From an uncultured Candidatus Binatia bacterium (GTDB taxonomy: Bacteria; Desulfobacterota; Binatia; Bin18): DNA of 64,000 nucleotides. The stretch spans positions 2,691,251-2,755,250 of the forward strand of contig OZ243979.1 in the NCBI GenBank assembly GCA_965214755.1. Direction: 5' to 3'. Position numbers and translations under genes: made by a program. A model generated the notes under the pieces. It searched no databases and was not told the origin of the DNA. It saw only the letters and a program-made list of their open reading frames with translations. This document shows, one piece after another, positions 37,618 through 45,863 of this stretch (its first letter is position 1; each line of letters opens with the position of its first letter).

Positions 37618-39237
37618 ATGAACGCCCAACAGGAATACCAGCCGCAAGAGACGCTCGCCTTCGACAATCGCTTTACGCGGGAGCTGCCCGCCGACCCTCA
37701 AACCGGAAACGCTCGCCGTCAGGTCACGCGGGCATGTTATTCCCGTGTCCAGCCGACAAAAGTCGCTCAACCCCAGTTGGTTGCCTACGCCTGGGAAGTG
37801 GCCGAGGAATTGGGCCTTTCCCGCGCATTCTGCGAGTCGGACGATTTTCTCCGCATCTTCTCGGGGAACCGGGTGCTGGAGAGCATGGACCCCTACGCAA
37901 TGTGTTACGGCGGTCATCAGTTCGGCAACTGGGCCGGGCAGCTCGGGGACGGCCGGGCCATTAACCTGGGCGAGATTATCGGCCCGACCGGAAGGCGCTG
38001 GATGGTCCAACTCAAGGGGGCTGGCCTGACGCCCTATTCGCGCAGTGCGGACGGACTAGCCGTCCTACGCTCGTCCATCCGCGAGTTCTTGTGCAGCGAA
38101 GCCATGTATCATCTCGGTGTCCCGACCACCCGCGCGCTCAGCCTGGTCTCGACCGGTGAACACGTCATCCGCGACATGTTTTATGATGGCAATCCCAAAC
38201 CCGAGCCGGGAGCCGTGGTATGTCGGGTCGCGCCGTCTTTTGTGCGCTTTGGCAATTTTCAGATATTTGCCGCCCGCGGAGAAATCGACGTCTTACAGCA
38301 GTTAGTAGACTACACCATCCGTACCGACTTTCCTCACCTAGGCGAGCCGTCCCGTGCGACCTATCTGACCTGGTTTGAGGAGGTCTGCCGGACAACCGCC
38401 CAGATGATTGTGCACTGGCTGCGGGTCGGCTTTGTCCACGGGGTGATGAACACGGATAATATGTCGATCCTGGGGTTGACGATTGACTACGGCCCGTACG
38501 GCTGGCTGGAAGACTATGACTCCAACTGGACGCCCAATACCACCGATGCCGCGAGTCATCGCTACGCCTTTGGCAAGCAGCCCCAGATTGCCCATTGGAA
38601 CCTGGTCCAGCTTGCCAACGCGCTCTACCCCCTGATTGAACAGACGGAACCCCTAGAAAAAGCGCTGAGCAGTTATGTCCAGGAATTTGAGTCGTGTTGG
38701 CAGACCATGATGGCCCACAAACTGGGACTCCAGTCCTTCAAGCCCGACCTGGACGATACCCTGGTCGCTGGCCTGCTGGAAATTCTGCAACTGGCCGAGA
38801 CCGATATGACCATCTTCTATCGGCGGCTGGCGAGCATTGATCTCGACGCCAAGCCTGTAGACCAGATCGACGACGCCACTTTCATACAACCGCTATTGGA
38901 CGCCTACTACGTCCCGGAGCAGTTGACCCCGGAGACAACGGCCCGCATCGCCGCATGGCTGCGTCGCTATCACGACCGGGTGAGAGAAGACGGGACGGAT
39001 GACGAGACGCGCCGGAAACGGATGAACGCGGTCAACCCGAAATATGTGCTGCGCAACTATCTCGCCCAGCTCGCTATCGACAAGGCCGAGCAGGGCGACC
39101 CCTCCATGGTGCACGCCTTGCTGGAACTCCTCCGCCATCCCTATGATGAACAACCCGACAAAGAAACCTACGCCCAAAAGCGGCCCGACTGGGCCCGCCA
39201 GCGTCCCGGCTGTTCCATGTTGTCGTGCAGTTCGTGA
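37618..39237 (+). CDS. selO: protein adenylyltransferase SelO (YdiU/UPF0061 family)
   Basis: 539 aa. GDGRAINLGE, QLKGAGLTPYSR, FVHGVMNTDNMSILGLTIDYGPYGWLE and the C-terminus ...CSMLSCSS* are family-typical (the kinase-fold AMPylator). Confidence 0.85.
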   Translation: MNAQQEYQPQETLAFDNRFTRELPADPQTGNARRQVTRACYSRVQPTKVAQPQLVAYAWEVAEELGLSRAFCESDDFLRIFSGNRVLESMDPYAMCYGGHQFGNWAGQLGDGRAINLGEIIGPTGRRWMVQLKGAGLTPYSRSADGLAVLRSSIREFLCSEAMYHLGVPTTRALSLVSTGEHVIRDMFYDGNPKPEPGAVVCRVAPSFVRFGNFQIFAARGEIDVLQQLVDYTIRTDFPHLGEPSRATYLTWFEEVCRTTAQMIVHWLRVGFVHGVMNTDNMSILGLTIDYGPYGWLEDYDSNWTPNTTDAASHRYAFGKQPQIAHWNLVQLANALYPLIEQTEPLEKALSSYVQEFESCWQTMMAHKLGLQSFKPDLDDTLVAGLLEILQLAETDMTIFYRRLASIDLDAKPVDQIDDATFIQPLLDAYYVPEQLTPETTARIAAWLRRYHDRVREDGTDDETRRKRMNAVNPKYVLRNYLAQLAIDKAEQGDPSMVHALLELLRHPYDEQPDKETYAQKRPDWARQRPGCSMLSCSS

Positions 39238-39241
39238 GCTT
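39206..39241. repeat. copy 1 of ~36-bp direct repeat = native 3' end of selO (att-like)
   Basis: cggctgttccatgttgtcgtgcagttcgtgagcttc. Re-occurs at 40459..40494 with 2 mismatches, and a degenerate third match sits at about 42337..42354. Confidence 0.8.
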
Positions 39242-39426
39242 CAGATAAATCCGAACAGCGGTGATGAAAAAAGAGAAAACCATGCCTGTCGTCGAAAAAC
39301 TGAAGGAGCACCGGAAGAAAGAGTATCGGAAGGCGTGCCACTGGTACAACTTGTGCTGTATTTAGGAAGCTCTCGCACGGTAGATATCGGAAAGAGAATC
39401 AACACTCTGGCTCCGACAGGGAGCGG

Positions 39427-40069
39427 TTGCCCAAAGACGGAAGAAATCTTATCCATACCAACCCGCGCGCCTTCCTTGTCGGAGCAGTTTTCAACAGGGG
39501 GGTGGATTGGGAGAAGGCGTGGGAAATCCCCTGCCGCATTAACCAGAAGGGGAAGTTGGACGCATCCAAGCTCGCTAAAATGAAAAAGTCCGAGCTAGTA
39601 CGCCTCCTGAAGCGCCTCCGTGTCAGGCCTCGATACGTCGATCAGGGAGCAGAGACACTAGAGGACGTCGCCACGCTTGTGGAGAGAGACTTTGCTGGTG
39701 ACGCAGCCGCAATCTGGCGGGACGCTTCACCAGCATCCGTTGAAAAGAGGCTCCAACGCATCAGGTACGTCGGCCCCGGTATCGCATCTATGGTCATCCG
39801 TATACTGCACGACGACTGTGGGATGTTCAGGGGACAGGAGATAGATATCAAACCCGCTGTGCGTGCGTGTTAGGCGCGTGTTTGAACGCACAGGGCTAAC
39901 TCATTCCAACTCAGAGAATGAGGCTAGAAATGCCGCGCGGAGGCTGAACCCCGATTTTCCCGGAGAACTGGACTGGCCAGCGTTTGACATTGGCGGGGAG
40001 TGGTGTTCTGCATCTAATCCCAGGTGTCCAAGCTGTCCACTGACAACGGTATGCCCCAAGCGTCTCTAA
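39427..40069 (+). pseudogene. HhH-GPD superfamily (endonuclease III-like, [4Fe-4S]) DNA glycosylase, frameshifted
   Basis: Two overlapping frames: ...RYVGPGIASMVIRILHDDCGMFRGQEIDIKPAVRAC* and (V)RVRRVFERTGL...LDWPAFDIGGEWCSASNPRCPSCPLTTVCPK. The Cys-x7-Cys-x2-Cys-x5-Cys cluster matches the EndoIII FCL motif. The shift falls inside gctgtgcgtgcgtgt, a (GTGC)n slippage-prone tract near 39862. Confidence 0.55.
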
Positions 40070-40187
40070 CCCCCGACATTGAATGCTACCGCACACCTAC
40101 GCGTCGGAATGCGGTAGAATTCTTAACCATCCAGCGAAGAACTGTACGACCAAGTCTACGACCTGCTGTGCGACGGCGAGGTGGACA

Positions 40188-40433
40188 ATGACAATCCCGA
40201 CAAAATTGTTAGACGTAGTGGCCCCAATGGTTGACTTGCCTGACTATAAGCTCTGGCGTGGGCAGGTTGGGACGGTCGTAGAAATTCTGGCAGATGGTGA
40301 AGCGTTTGAAGTCGAATTTTGTGACCGAGAGGGCCGGACATACGAGTCGGTGGGCCTTCGCCCGGATCAGATCATGGTGTTGCACTATGGGCCTTGGGCG
40401 TCTCAACCGCTATCCACGCCGGAGACCGCCTAG
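40188..40433 (+). CDS. DUF4926-like small protein
   Basis: Start at internal ATG (MTIPTKLLDVV...). LPDYKLWRGQVGTVVEILADGEAFEVEFCDREGRTYESVGLRPDQIMVL resembles the DUF4926 pattern (GtVV...ayeVEF.d.eG). Confidence 0.35.
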   Translation: MTIPTKLLDVVAPMVDLPDYKLWRGQVGTVVEILADGEAFEVEFCDREGRTYESVGLRPDQIMVLHYGPWASQPLSTPETA

Positions 40434-40458
40434 AAGGTTGAGGATACCCCCAGACGGC

Positions 40459-40494
40459 CTCGGCTGTTCCATGCTGTCGCGCAGTTCGTGAGCT
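40459..40494. repeat. copy 2 of selO 3'-end direct repeat (att-like)
   Basis: cggctgttccatgctgtcgcgcagttcgtgagctgc. The spurious ORF 40294..40491 ends in GCSMLSRSS*, copying the SelO tail. Confidence 0.8.
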
Positions 40495-40577
40495 GCACTC
40501 GCGGACAAAAGAATAGGCCGCCGTCTCAAGACTCACCTGTTGGCGGCAGCATCGCTCTTGGTGTAGGATTCAGACTA

Positions 40578-41300
40578 ATGGAAGTCCGACTACAAAGACC
40601 CCAGCGAGAAGACCTTTCGATACGCTTTACGTTGGCCCCATTCATCACCGAATGGGTCTCGACGCAAGCGAATTTCATCACCGCAATCGCCCAGAAATTC
40701 GGTGACTGGCTCTCGGTTCGTCCACAGGATTTTTCCTCAAATCCTTCAGGTAATCTTGGAGAAGCGTGGTGCATGTACAGGATATTCGGAGGCACAAGCA
40801 CCATCGTCCTCCGTCCTGATACCCTAGAGTTGAATTTTGTGAACCTAAACGAAAACGACCGTCAATCTGTCATCGCAATAATCCGACGGTCAGGCTCTGT
40901 GTTACAGCAAGATATTGGCGGCTATACACGGTGTTACGTTTCGTTGACCTCCAACCGGCATGCCGAAATAGCTGGTGACGGGAATGCCGATCGTTACCTC
41001 AATCAGTTCGCATTGAAACACGCTGCCGATATGGTCAAAACTGATTCTGATATGGAATATAAACCCACAGCAAGAGTCGTACTCTCGCATAAAGGTGGAG
41101 ACTGGTCGGTCCATCGATTGGTCGAAAAGTCCGATTTCCTGCCTGATGGTCTATTCGTCCACACGCTCGTATTCATTCCGTCATTCGACCTTGCGGAACT
41201 TGATGAACAAGGGGAATTAATAGATCGAATCTTTGAGCAGGCCGATAAAGCGGTCGAACTGAGCTACGTCGGAGACAGCGATGCAGACGCCAACTCTTAG
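40578..41300 (+). CDS. hypothetical protein (ORFan, low-GC islet)
   Basis: Internal ATG chosen (MEVRLQRPQ...); the open frame extends upstream to 40488. No recognisable motifs. Overlaps the next gene by 20 bp. Confidence 0.3.
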   Translation: MEVRLQRPQREDLSIRFTLAPFITEWVSTQANFITAIAQKFGDWLSVRPQDFSSNPSGNLGEAWCMYRIFGGTSTIVLRPDTLELNFVNLNENDRQSVIAIIRRSGSVLQQDIGGYTRCYVSLTSNRHAEIAGDGNADRYLNQFALKHAADMVKTDSDMEYKPTARVVLSHKGGDWSVHRLVEKSDFLPDGLFVHTLVFIPSFDLAELDEQGELIDRIFEQADKAVELSYVGDSDADANS

Positions 41301-41889
41301 CCCTTCTGCCCCTGATGGGGGCTTCGCTCATGATTGGGAAGTACGGAAAAACAGCGAGCAATCGGAGATAATCAATCACGCGCAGTCGCTCGAACATTCT
41401 CCCTCGAATTTTCGGCGTCCGGGACTATTCGCTAATACTCTCCCGGGCTTATACGAACAGGTCATCACGAGAGAGCTGGATAACCAACAGGAAGCCCTTC
41501 GCCGCATACGGGTAGACAGCTTAGACGCACGGTGGCTTGCGGACGCGATAGAGGAGTTGGAAGAGATAGATGATGAGGTGGCCGAGGAAGCACTGCCGGA
41601 GCTTGCTGCTGACACCAAGAAACACGCCCGCAGGATCGTTTTCGCACTTACAAAGCAGCCTATCGCCCCGACCATCTACCCCACTACGGACGGCGAGGTC
41701 GCTCTGTATTTCAAGTCACCGGTTACGGCATCTTCTGTTTTGATTCTGGTAGGAAATGATGGACAGGCTACGTGTTTTTCGTATATCAACGGGAAAAATC
41801 GGCGTGCCCGGTACGACGACGCGGCGGACCTCCCGGACGAATTTGTAAAGGCACAGATACAGGCGCTCAAGGAACCAGCGTTTCCGTAA
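41281..41889 (+). CDS. hypothetical protein (ORFan), acidic central region
   Basis: 202 aa. The central LADAIEELEEIDDEVAEEALPELAAD is highly acidic and helical. No family recognised. Translationally coupled to the upstream ORF. Confidence 0.3.
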   Translation: MQTPTLSPSAPDGGFAHDWEVRKNSEQSEIINHAQSLEHSPSNFRRPGLFANTLPGLYEQVITRELDNQQEALRRIRVDSLDARWLADAIEELEEIDDEVAEEALPELAADTKKHARRIVFALTKQPIAPTIYPTTDGEVALYFKSPVTASSVLILVGNDGQATCFSYINGKNRRARYDDAADLPDEFVKAQIQALKEPAFP

Positions 41890-41902
41890 AATACGCAAAC
41901 AT

Positions 41903-42308
41903 GCAACTTCCGGACTTGAAGGATTCCGAGGATATTGGGAGAAGCGTTTTCTCAAGTCGAGACGCGAGGCGAGCGAGAAACGGAAGAGTCGTCCCTGGTG
42001 TCTTTCTCGAACGTCTGGAAGCGGTCTCGATCTCCGTAGATCGGATGAATCACGCGCCGTTGCCCGTTCTCGCCAACCTCTCGAAAGAGAGAGGACGTAG
42101 CCGGGGAAAAGACTTCTATGGTTGGGCAACCTTGACAGTCAGAGACGCGGCATCCAACGGAAGAACCGTGGAGGCGACTCCTACCGATGTCAACATATAC
42201 CACGCCGATATCATTCTTCAGCTGCCCGATGATAATGAACGGCGCGATCAACAGAAGCAGCACGCCAACGAGTTGGCCGCACTCACGCAGTGGAGGGATG
42301 CACCCTAG
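41903..42308 (+). CDS. hypothetical protein (ORFan)
   Basis: ATG 41903 (MQLPDLKDSED...); the track's longer ORF begins at 41772. No motifs recognised. Confidence 0.3.
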
Positions 42309-42395
42309 CCATCTTGGTTTGTCGTGTGAGACTTTACAAGAGCCGCACAGTTCGTGACCTCGACGGGATCAGGAGAAATTCAGAAGGAGAAAGCA

Positions 42396-43292
42396 ATGGC
42401 ACACCTAACAACCCTCCCGGCAACGACGGACACCGCGGATATCCTTCCGATCATTGGAAAGGACGGGGCGGTTATCCTGAAGGATATGCTCACCCCCGCC
42501 GGGGTCGATCAGGTGCTGGATGAAACCGGGCCGTATATTGAAGCCACGCGCAACGGCCAGGACCCGTTCGTCGGCCTTTGGACCACACGCACCGGTGCGC
42601 TGGTGGCCCGCTCGTCGGCGTGCCGAGACCTGGTGACCAATCAGGCGGTGCTGAAAGCCGCCCAGACCTTTCTGGCACCCTACTGCTCCCGCATTCAACT
42701 CCATCTCGGCCAGATTATTCGCATCCGGCCCGGCCAGCCCAAGCAGGCGATCCACCGTGACCGCTGGGCCTGGGGAACGTATCTGAAAGGCGTCGAGCCC
42801 CAGTTCAACACCATGTGGGCGCTGACCGATTTTACCCGTGAAAACGGAGCAACGCGGGTTATTCCGGGCAGTATGGACTGGCCGGACGGGCGCCGGGCGG
42901 ACAAGGACGAAATTGTCCAGGCCGAGATGACGCGCGGCTCGGTGCTGCTGTATACCGGCTCGGTCTTGCACGCCGCGGGCGCAAACGACTCGGACGACGA
43001 CCGGATCGGCCTGAACATCACCTACTCGCTGGCCTGGCTGCGCCAGGAGGAAAACCAGTACCTGTCCTGTCCGCCCGAGGTTGCCAAAACCTTATCAACC
43101 GAATTGCAGGACCTGCTCGGCTATACGCTGGGGAGTTACGCCCTGGGCTATTACACGCCTCCGCTGCCACCGGGAGAAGGCCCCGAGTCCATCGGTCCGC
43201 AATACGCCCTGGGACGCGAGCAGGACGGAGAAGGCCTGGGCAGCGCGGAGTTGCGCCGGGAAATCCGAAACGCGACAGGGAGTAAGGTCTGA
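42396..43292 (+). CDS. phytanoyl-CoA dioxygenase (PhyH) family protein (Fe(II)/2OG oxygenase)
   Basis: ATG 42396 after GAAGGAGAAAGCA. QAIHRDRWAW (HxD), ...LLYTGSVLHAAGANDSDDDRIGLNITYS (distal His, Arg) is the PhyH signature. Confidence 0.7.
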   Translation: MAHLTTLPATTDTADILPIIGKDGAVILKDMLTPAGVDQVLDETGPYIEATRNGQDPFVGLWTTRTGALVARSSACRDLVTNQAVLKAAQTFLAPYCSRIQLHLGQIIRIRPGQPKQAIHRDRWAWGTYLKGVEPQFNTMWALTDFTRENGATRVIPGSMDWPDGRRADKDEIVQAEMTRGSVLLYTGSVLHAAGANDSDDDRIGLNITYSLAWLRQEENQYLSCPPEVAKTLSTELQDLLGYTLGSYALGYYTPPLPPGEGPESIGPQYALGREQDGEGLGSAELRREIRNATGSKV

Positions 43293-43355
43293 TTGATTGC
43301 CGGTTATCGCAAACGAATTCTTTTATACTGACGCAGCAACCTTGAGGAGCGACGC

Positions 43356-44309
43356 ATGATCGATCGCAATTTTGAGATGATTCAAACAAACGGGGTCAGG
43401 CTACGCACCGTCGTGGAAGGCGACGGACCGCTGGTAATTTTACTCCACGGCTGGCCGCAGTGTTGGTATCTGTGGCGACACCAGATTGACCCGCTCGTGG
43501 CCGCGGGCTATCGCGTTGCCGTGCCCGACCAACGCGGTTATGGCGGCAGTGAGTGTCCGCCCGACATCTCGGATTACAATATTCGCACACTGGCCGCTGA
43601 TGTTGCCGGCATTGCTCCGGCTCTGGGCTCTGATGAATTCACTCTCATCGGCCATGATTGGGGCTGTGTTGTGGCCTGGAATACCGCCCTGCTCCACGAG
43701 GAGAGCTGTACCGCGGTGATGGGCCTGTCCGTTCCCTTTTGGCGGATGACGGATGCCGCGCTGAATCCGCCGGGCATGGACGACCAATTCTGGTATATCC
43801 GCTATTTTCAGGAAGAGGGCCGGGTTGAAGCCGAGCTTGAAAAAGACCTGGAACGCAGCCTGCGCAGCCTGTATTACGGGCTGTGTGCCGACGCGCCGGC
43901 GCACAGCTGGATGAAGCAACTGGAGCACCCCAGGTCGAGCGGCCTGCTGGATGCGCTGCCCGAGCCAAAACAGTTGCCAAGCTGGCTCACGCCGGAAGAC
44001 CTCGCTTATTACGTCGAGCAGTACCGGACGAGCGGTTTCAGGGGGCCGGTGAACTGGTACCGCAATATCCCGACGAATAACGGCATTACGCCCGAGCTCG
44101 AAGGCAAGAGATTCTCCCAGCCCGCGGCCTTTGTTGCCGGGGCGGCAGACGATGTCCTGCTCTACGATCCCGACTGGCGCACCACGTTTCCAGATGCGTT
44201 TGAAGACCTGCGCTTTCTCGAAATCATTGACGGCGCCGGTCATTGGGTGCAGGCGGAAAAGCCGCAGGAAACAACCGCGTGCATCCTGCGCTTTTTGCGT
44301 GGCCTGTAA
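43356..44309 (+). CDS. alpha/beta hydrolase (epoxide hydrolase-like)
   Basis: VILLHGWPQCWYLWRHQ (HGWP oxyanion motif), LIGHDWGCVVAW (nucleophile Asp, GxDWG), C-terminal GHWVQAEKP (His). Confidence 0.7.
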   Translation: MIDRNFEMIQTNGVRLRTVVEGDGPLVILLHGWPQCWYLWRHQIDPLVAAGYRVAVPDQRGYGGSECPPDISDYNIRTLAADVAGIAPALGSDEFTLIGHDWGCVVAWNTALLHEESCTAVMGLSVPFWRMTDAALNPPGMDDQFWYIRYFQEEGRVEAELEKDLERSLRSLYYGLCADAPAHSWMKQLEHPRSSGLLDALPEPKQLPSWLTPEDLAYYVEQYRTSGFRGPVNWYRNIPTNNGITPELEGKRFSQPAAFVAGAADDVLLYDPDWRTTFPDAFEDLRFLEIIDGAGHWVQAEKPQETTACILRFLRGL

Positions 44310-44341
44310 AACGGAGCGCCCGCGGCACGGTCTCCGTCAGG

Positions 44342-44956
44342 CTACTTCCCAACCGCCTTGGCCCGTTCAAGCGAGGGCCGGGCATAGCAGGCCCCTGCCC
44401 AGCGCTTCACATTGGCATAGGCCGAGTAGTCGAATTTTACCATCGAGAGAAGCAGCATCACCCCGGATACGTTGAGATCGGCGATGCTAAAGGCATCACC
44501 AACCAGCCAGTCTCTTTTGGCTAGGGTGTCATCAAGCACCTTCAGGGGTCGGGCCAGCGTTTTCTCGGCAGCGGCGAGAACCGCCGCGTTCCGCTTTTCC
44601 TCCGGCGTAAAAAACTTTTGGACAACGATGTCCATCTGCGGTGGCTCAATCTCGGTCATGACCCACACACTCCATTGCCAGACCAGGGCTTCACTGGCAG
44701 GGTTATTGGGATAGAGATCGCCACCGTAGGTTTTGGCCAGGTAGAGATTAATCGCCAGGGACTCAAACAGGGTCACATCGCCATCCTGTAAGGCGGGAAT
44801 GCGACCGTTCGGATTCACTGCCAGATACTCCGGCGTTTTCGACTCGTCCATGAAATTGACCGAGACGTGCTCATACTCAACGCCCACTTCCTCAATCGCC
44901 CAGAGTGAACGTATCGCCCGCGAGCCAGAAATCCCGTACAGCTTAGGTTTTGCCAT
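44342..44956 (-). CDS. glutathione S-transferase family protein
   Basis: KLYGISGSRAIRSLWAIEEVGVEYEHV..NGRIPALQDGDVTLFESLAINLYLA is a GST N-terminal thioredoxin-like domain with the ES(R/L)AI motif. Confidence 0.7.
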   Translation of the reverse strand: MAKPKLYGISGSRAIRSLWAIEEVGVEYEHVSVNFMDESKTPEYLAVNPNGRIPALQDGDVTLFESLAINLYLAKTYGGDLYPNNPASEALVWQWSVWVMTEIEPPQMDIVVQKFFTPEEKRNAAVLAAAEKTLARPLKVLDDTLAKRDWLVGDAFSIADLNVSGVMLLLSMVKFDYSAYANVKRWAGACYARPSLERAKAVGK

Positions 44957-45097
44957 GTTTGCGTTCCTTTCCGTTGCTTTTTACTGAGGCGTATCATTTT
45001 ATACGGTCAACGTCTGCCCGGTGGGACCCCTATACGCGGACCTACGACAGCAACACGATAGTCTGGTATATTGATGTGTCAGCAAAGGAGACGCTTC

Positions 45098-45679
45098 ATG
45101 AGTCAGAGCCGAGAGGAAGTCCTCACAGCCAACGCCGCCTACGCCAAGGATTTTGGCAAGAAGGCCAACCTACCAGCCCCGCCGAGTAGACGTTTTACCA
45201 TTCTGACCTGTATGGACGCGCGGCTTGACCCTGCAAAATACGCCGGCCTGGCGGAGGGCGACGCGCATGTGATTCGCAACGCGGGCGGACGCGCGAGTGA
45301 TGACGCCATCCGTTCCTTCGTGATTTCGTACAAACTCCTGGGAACGCGGGAGTGGTTTGTGATTCATCACACCCAGTGCGGTATGGCGACTTTCACCGAT
45401 GAGGTGATGCGCAGCCTCCTCGCCAGCAGCCTCCAGCCCGCAACGCTGGGCGCTTCGGGCTGGCAGGACTCCGGGGAGGGGCCCGGCTCAACGGAGGGGA
45501 GCTATATCGATTGGCTGACGATCGCCGATAGCACACAAAGTCTGGTCGAAGATGTGACGCGCATCCGCAATCATCCCTTGGTTCCCGGCAATATTTCCAT
45601 TTACGGCTATATCTACGACGTCAAAACGGGCAGGCTTGAAGAAGTGCCCGAAGCAACGGAAGCAGGGAAACTTCGGTAA
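45098..45679 (+). CDS. beta-class carbonic anhydrase
   Basis: Start at ATG 45098 (MSQSREE). [10 protein letters not shown] and [10 protein letters not shown] are the beta-CA zinc ligands (CxDxR...HxxCG). Confidence 0.6.
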   Translation: MSQSREEVLTANAAYAKDFGKKANLPAPPSRRFTILTCMDARLDPAKYAGLAEGDAHVIRNAGGRASDDAIRSFVISYKLLGTREWFVIHHTQCGMATFTDEVMRSLLASSLQPATLGASGWQDSGEGPGSTEGSYIDWLTIADSTQSLVEDVTRIRNHPLVPGNISIYGYIYDVKTGRLEEVPEATEAGKLR

Positions 45680-45680
45680 T

Positions 45681-45700
45681 CCGAGAGAAACCTCTCTCGG
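45681..45700 (+). terminator. hairpin immediately after the carbonic anhydrase stop (8-bp perfect stem, 4-nt loop)
   Basis: ccgagaga-aacc-tctctcgg, 2 nt after TAA. No U-tract, so a rho-independent function is uncertain. Confidence 0.35.
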
Positions 45701-45863
45701 CCAAGTACTGGTATCAAGTCAAAATCGGAACGGAGCTGAAGGACGGAATTGTCACGGGAACATTCACCCCATAGCCAAGTCGTTCACCTAGCCGGGACGT
45801 ATTTGAGCGATTCGAGCCACACCTGGGGGCTCCTGAGTCATTGTCCCAAATAAGGAGGGGCTA

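Noticed and set aside
39226-39237. SelO ends C-S-S followed by TGA; considered selenocysteine recoding (the CxxU motif of eukaryotic SelO), also because the same codons recur in the downstream repeat copy.
   Set aside because: Bacterial SelO homologues normally terminate …CSS with Cys replacing Sec, as far as I recall. No convincing bSECIS hairpin lies 10-20 nt downstream. No sel genes are in the window. The recurrence is explained by the att-like duplication.
39281-39364. 27-codon Cys-rich small ORF (MPVVEKLKEHRKKEYRKACHWYNLCCI) in the AT-rich leader of the islet.
   Set aside because: Only a weak RBS (AAGAGA) precedes it. There is no way to assess conservation and it lacks any known peptide signature.
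40294-40491. ORF ending in …GCSMLSRSS*.
   Set aside because: It is an artefactual frame created by the duplicated selO 3' end. Its N-terminal part overlaps the DUF4926-like gene in another frame.
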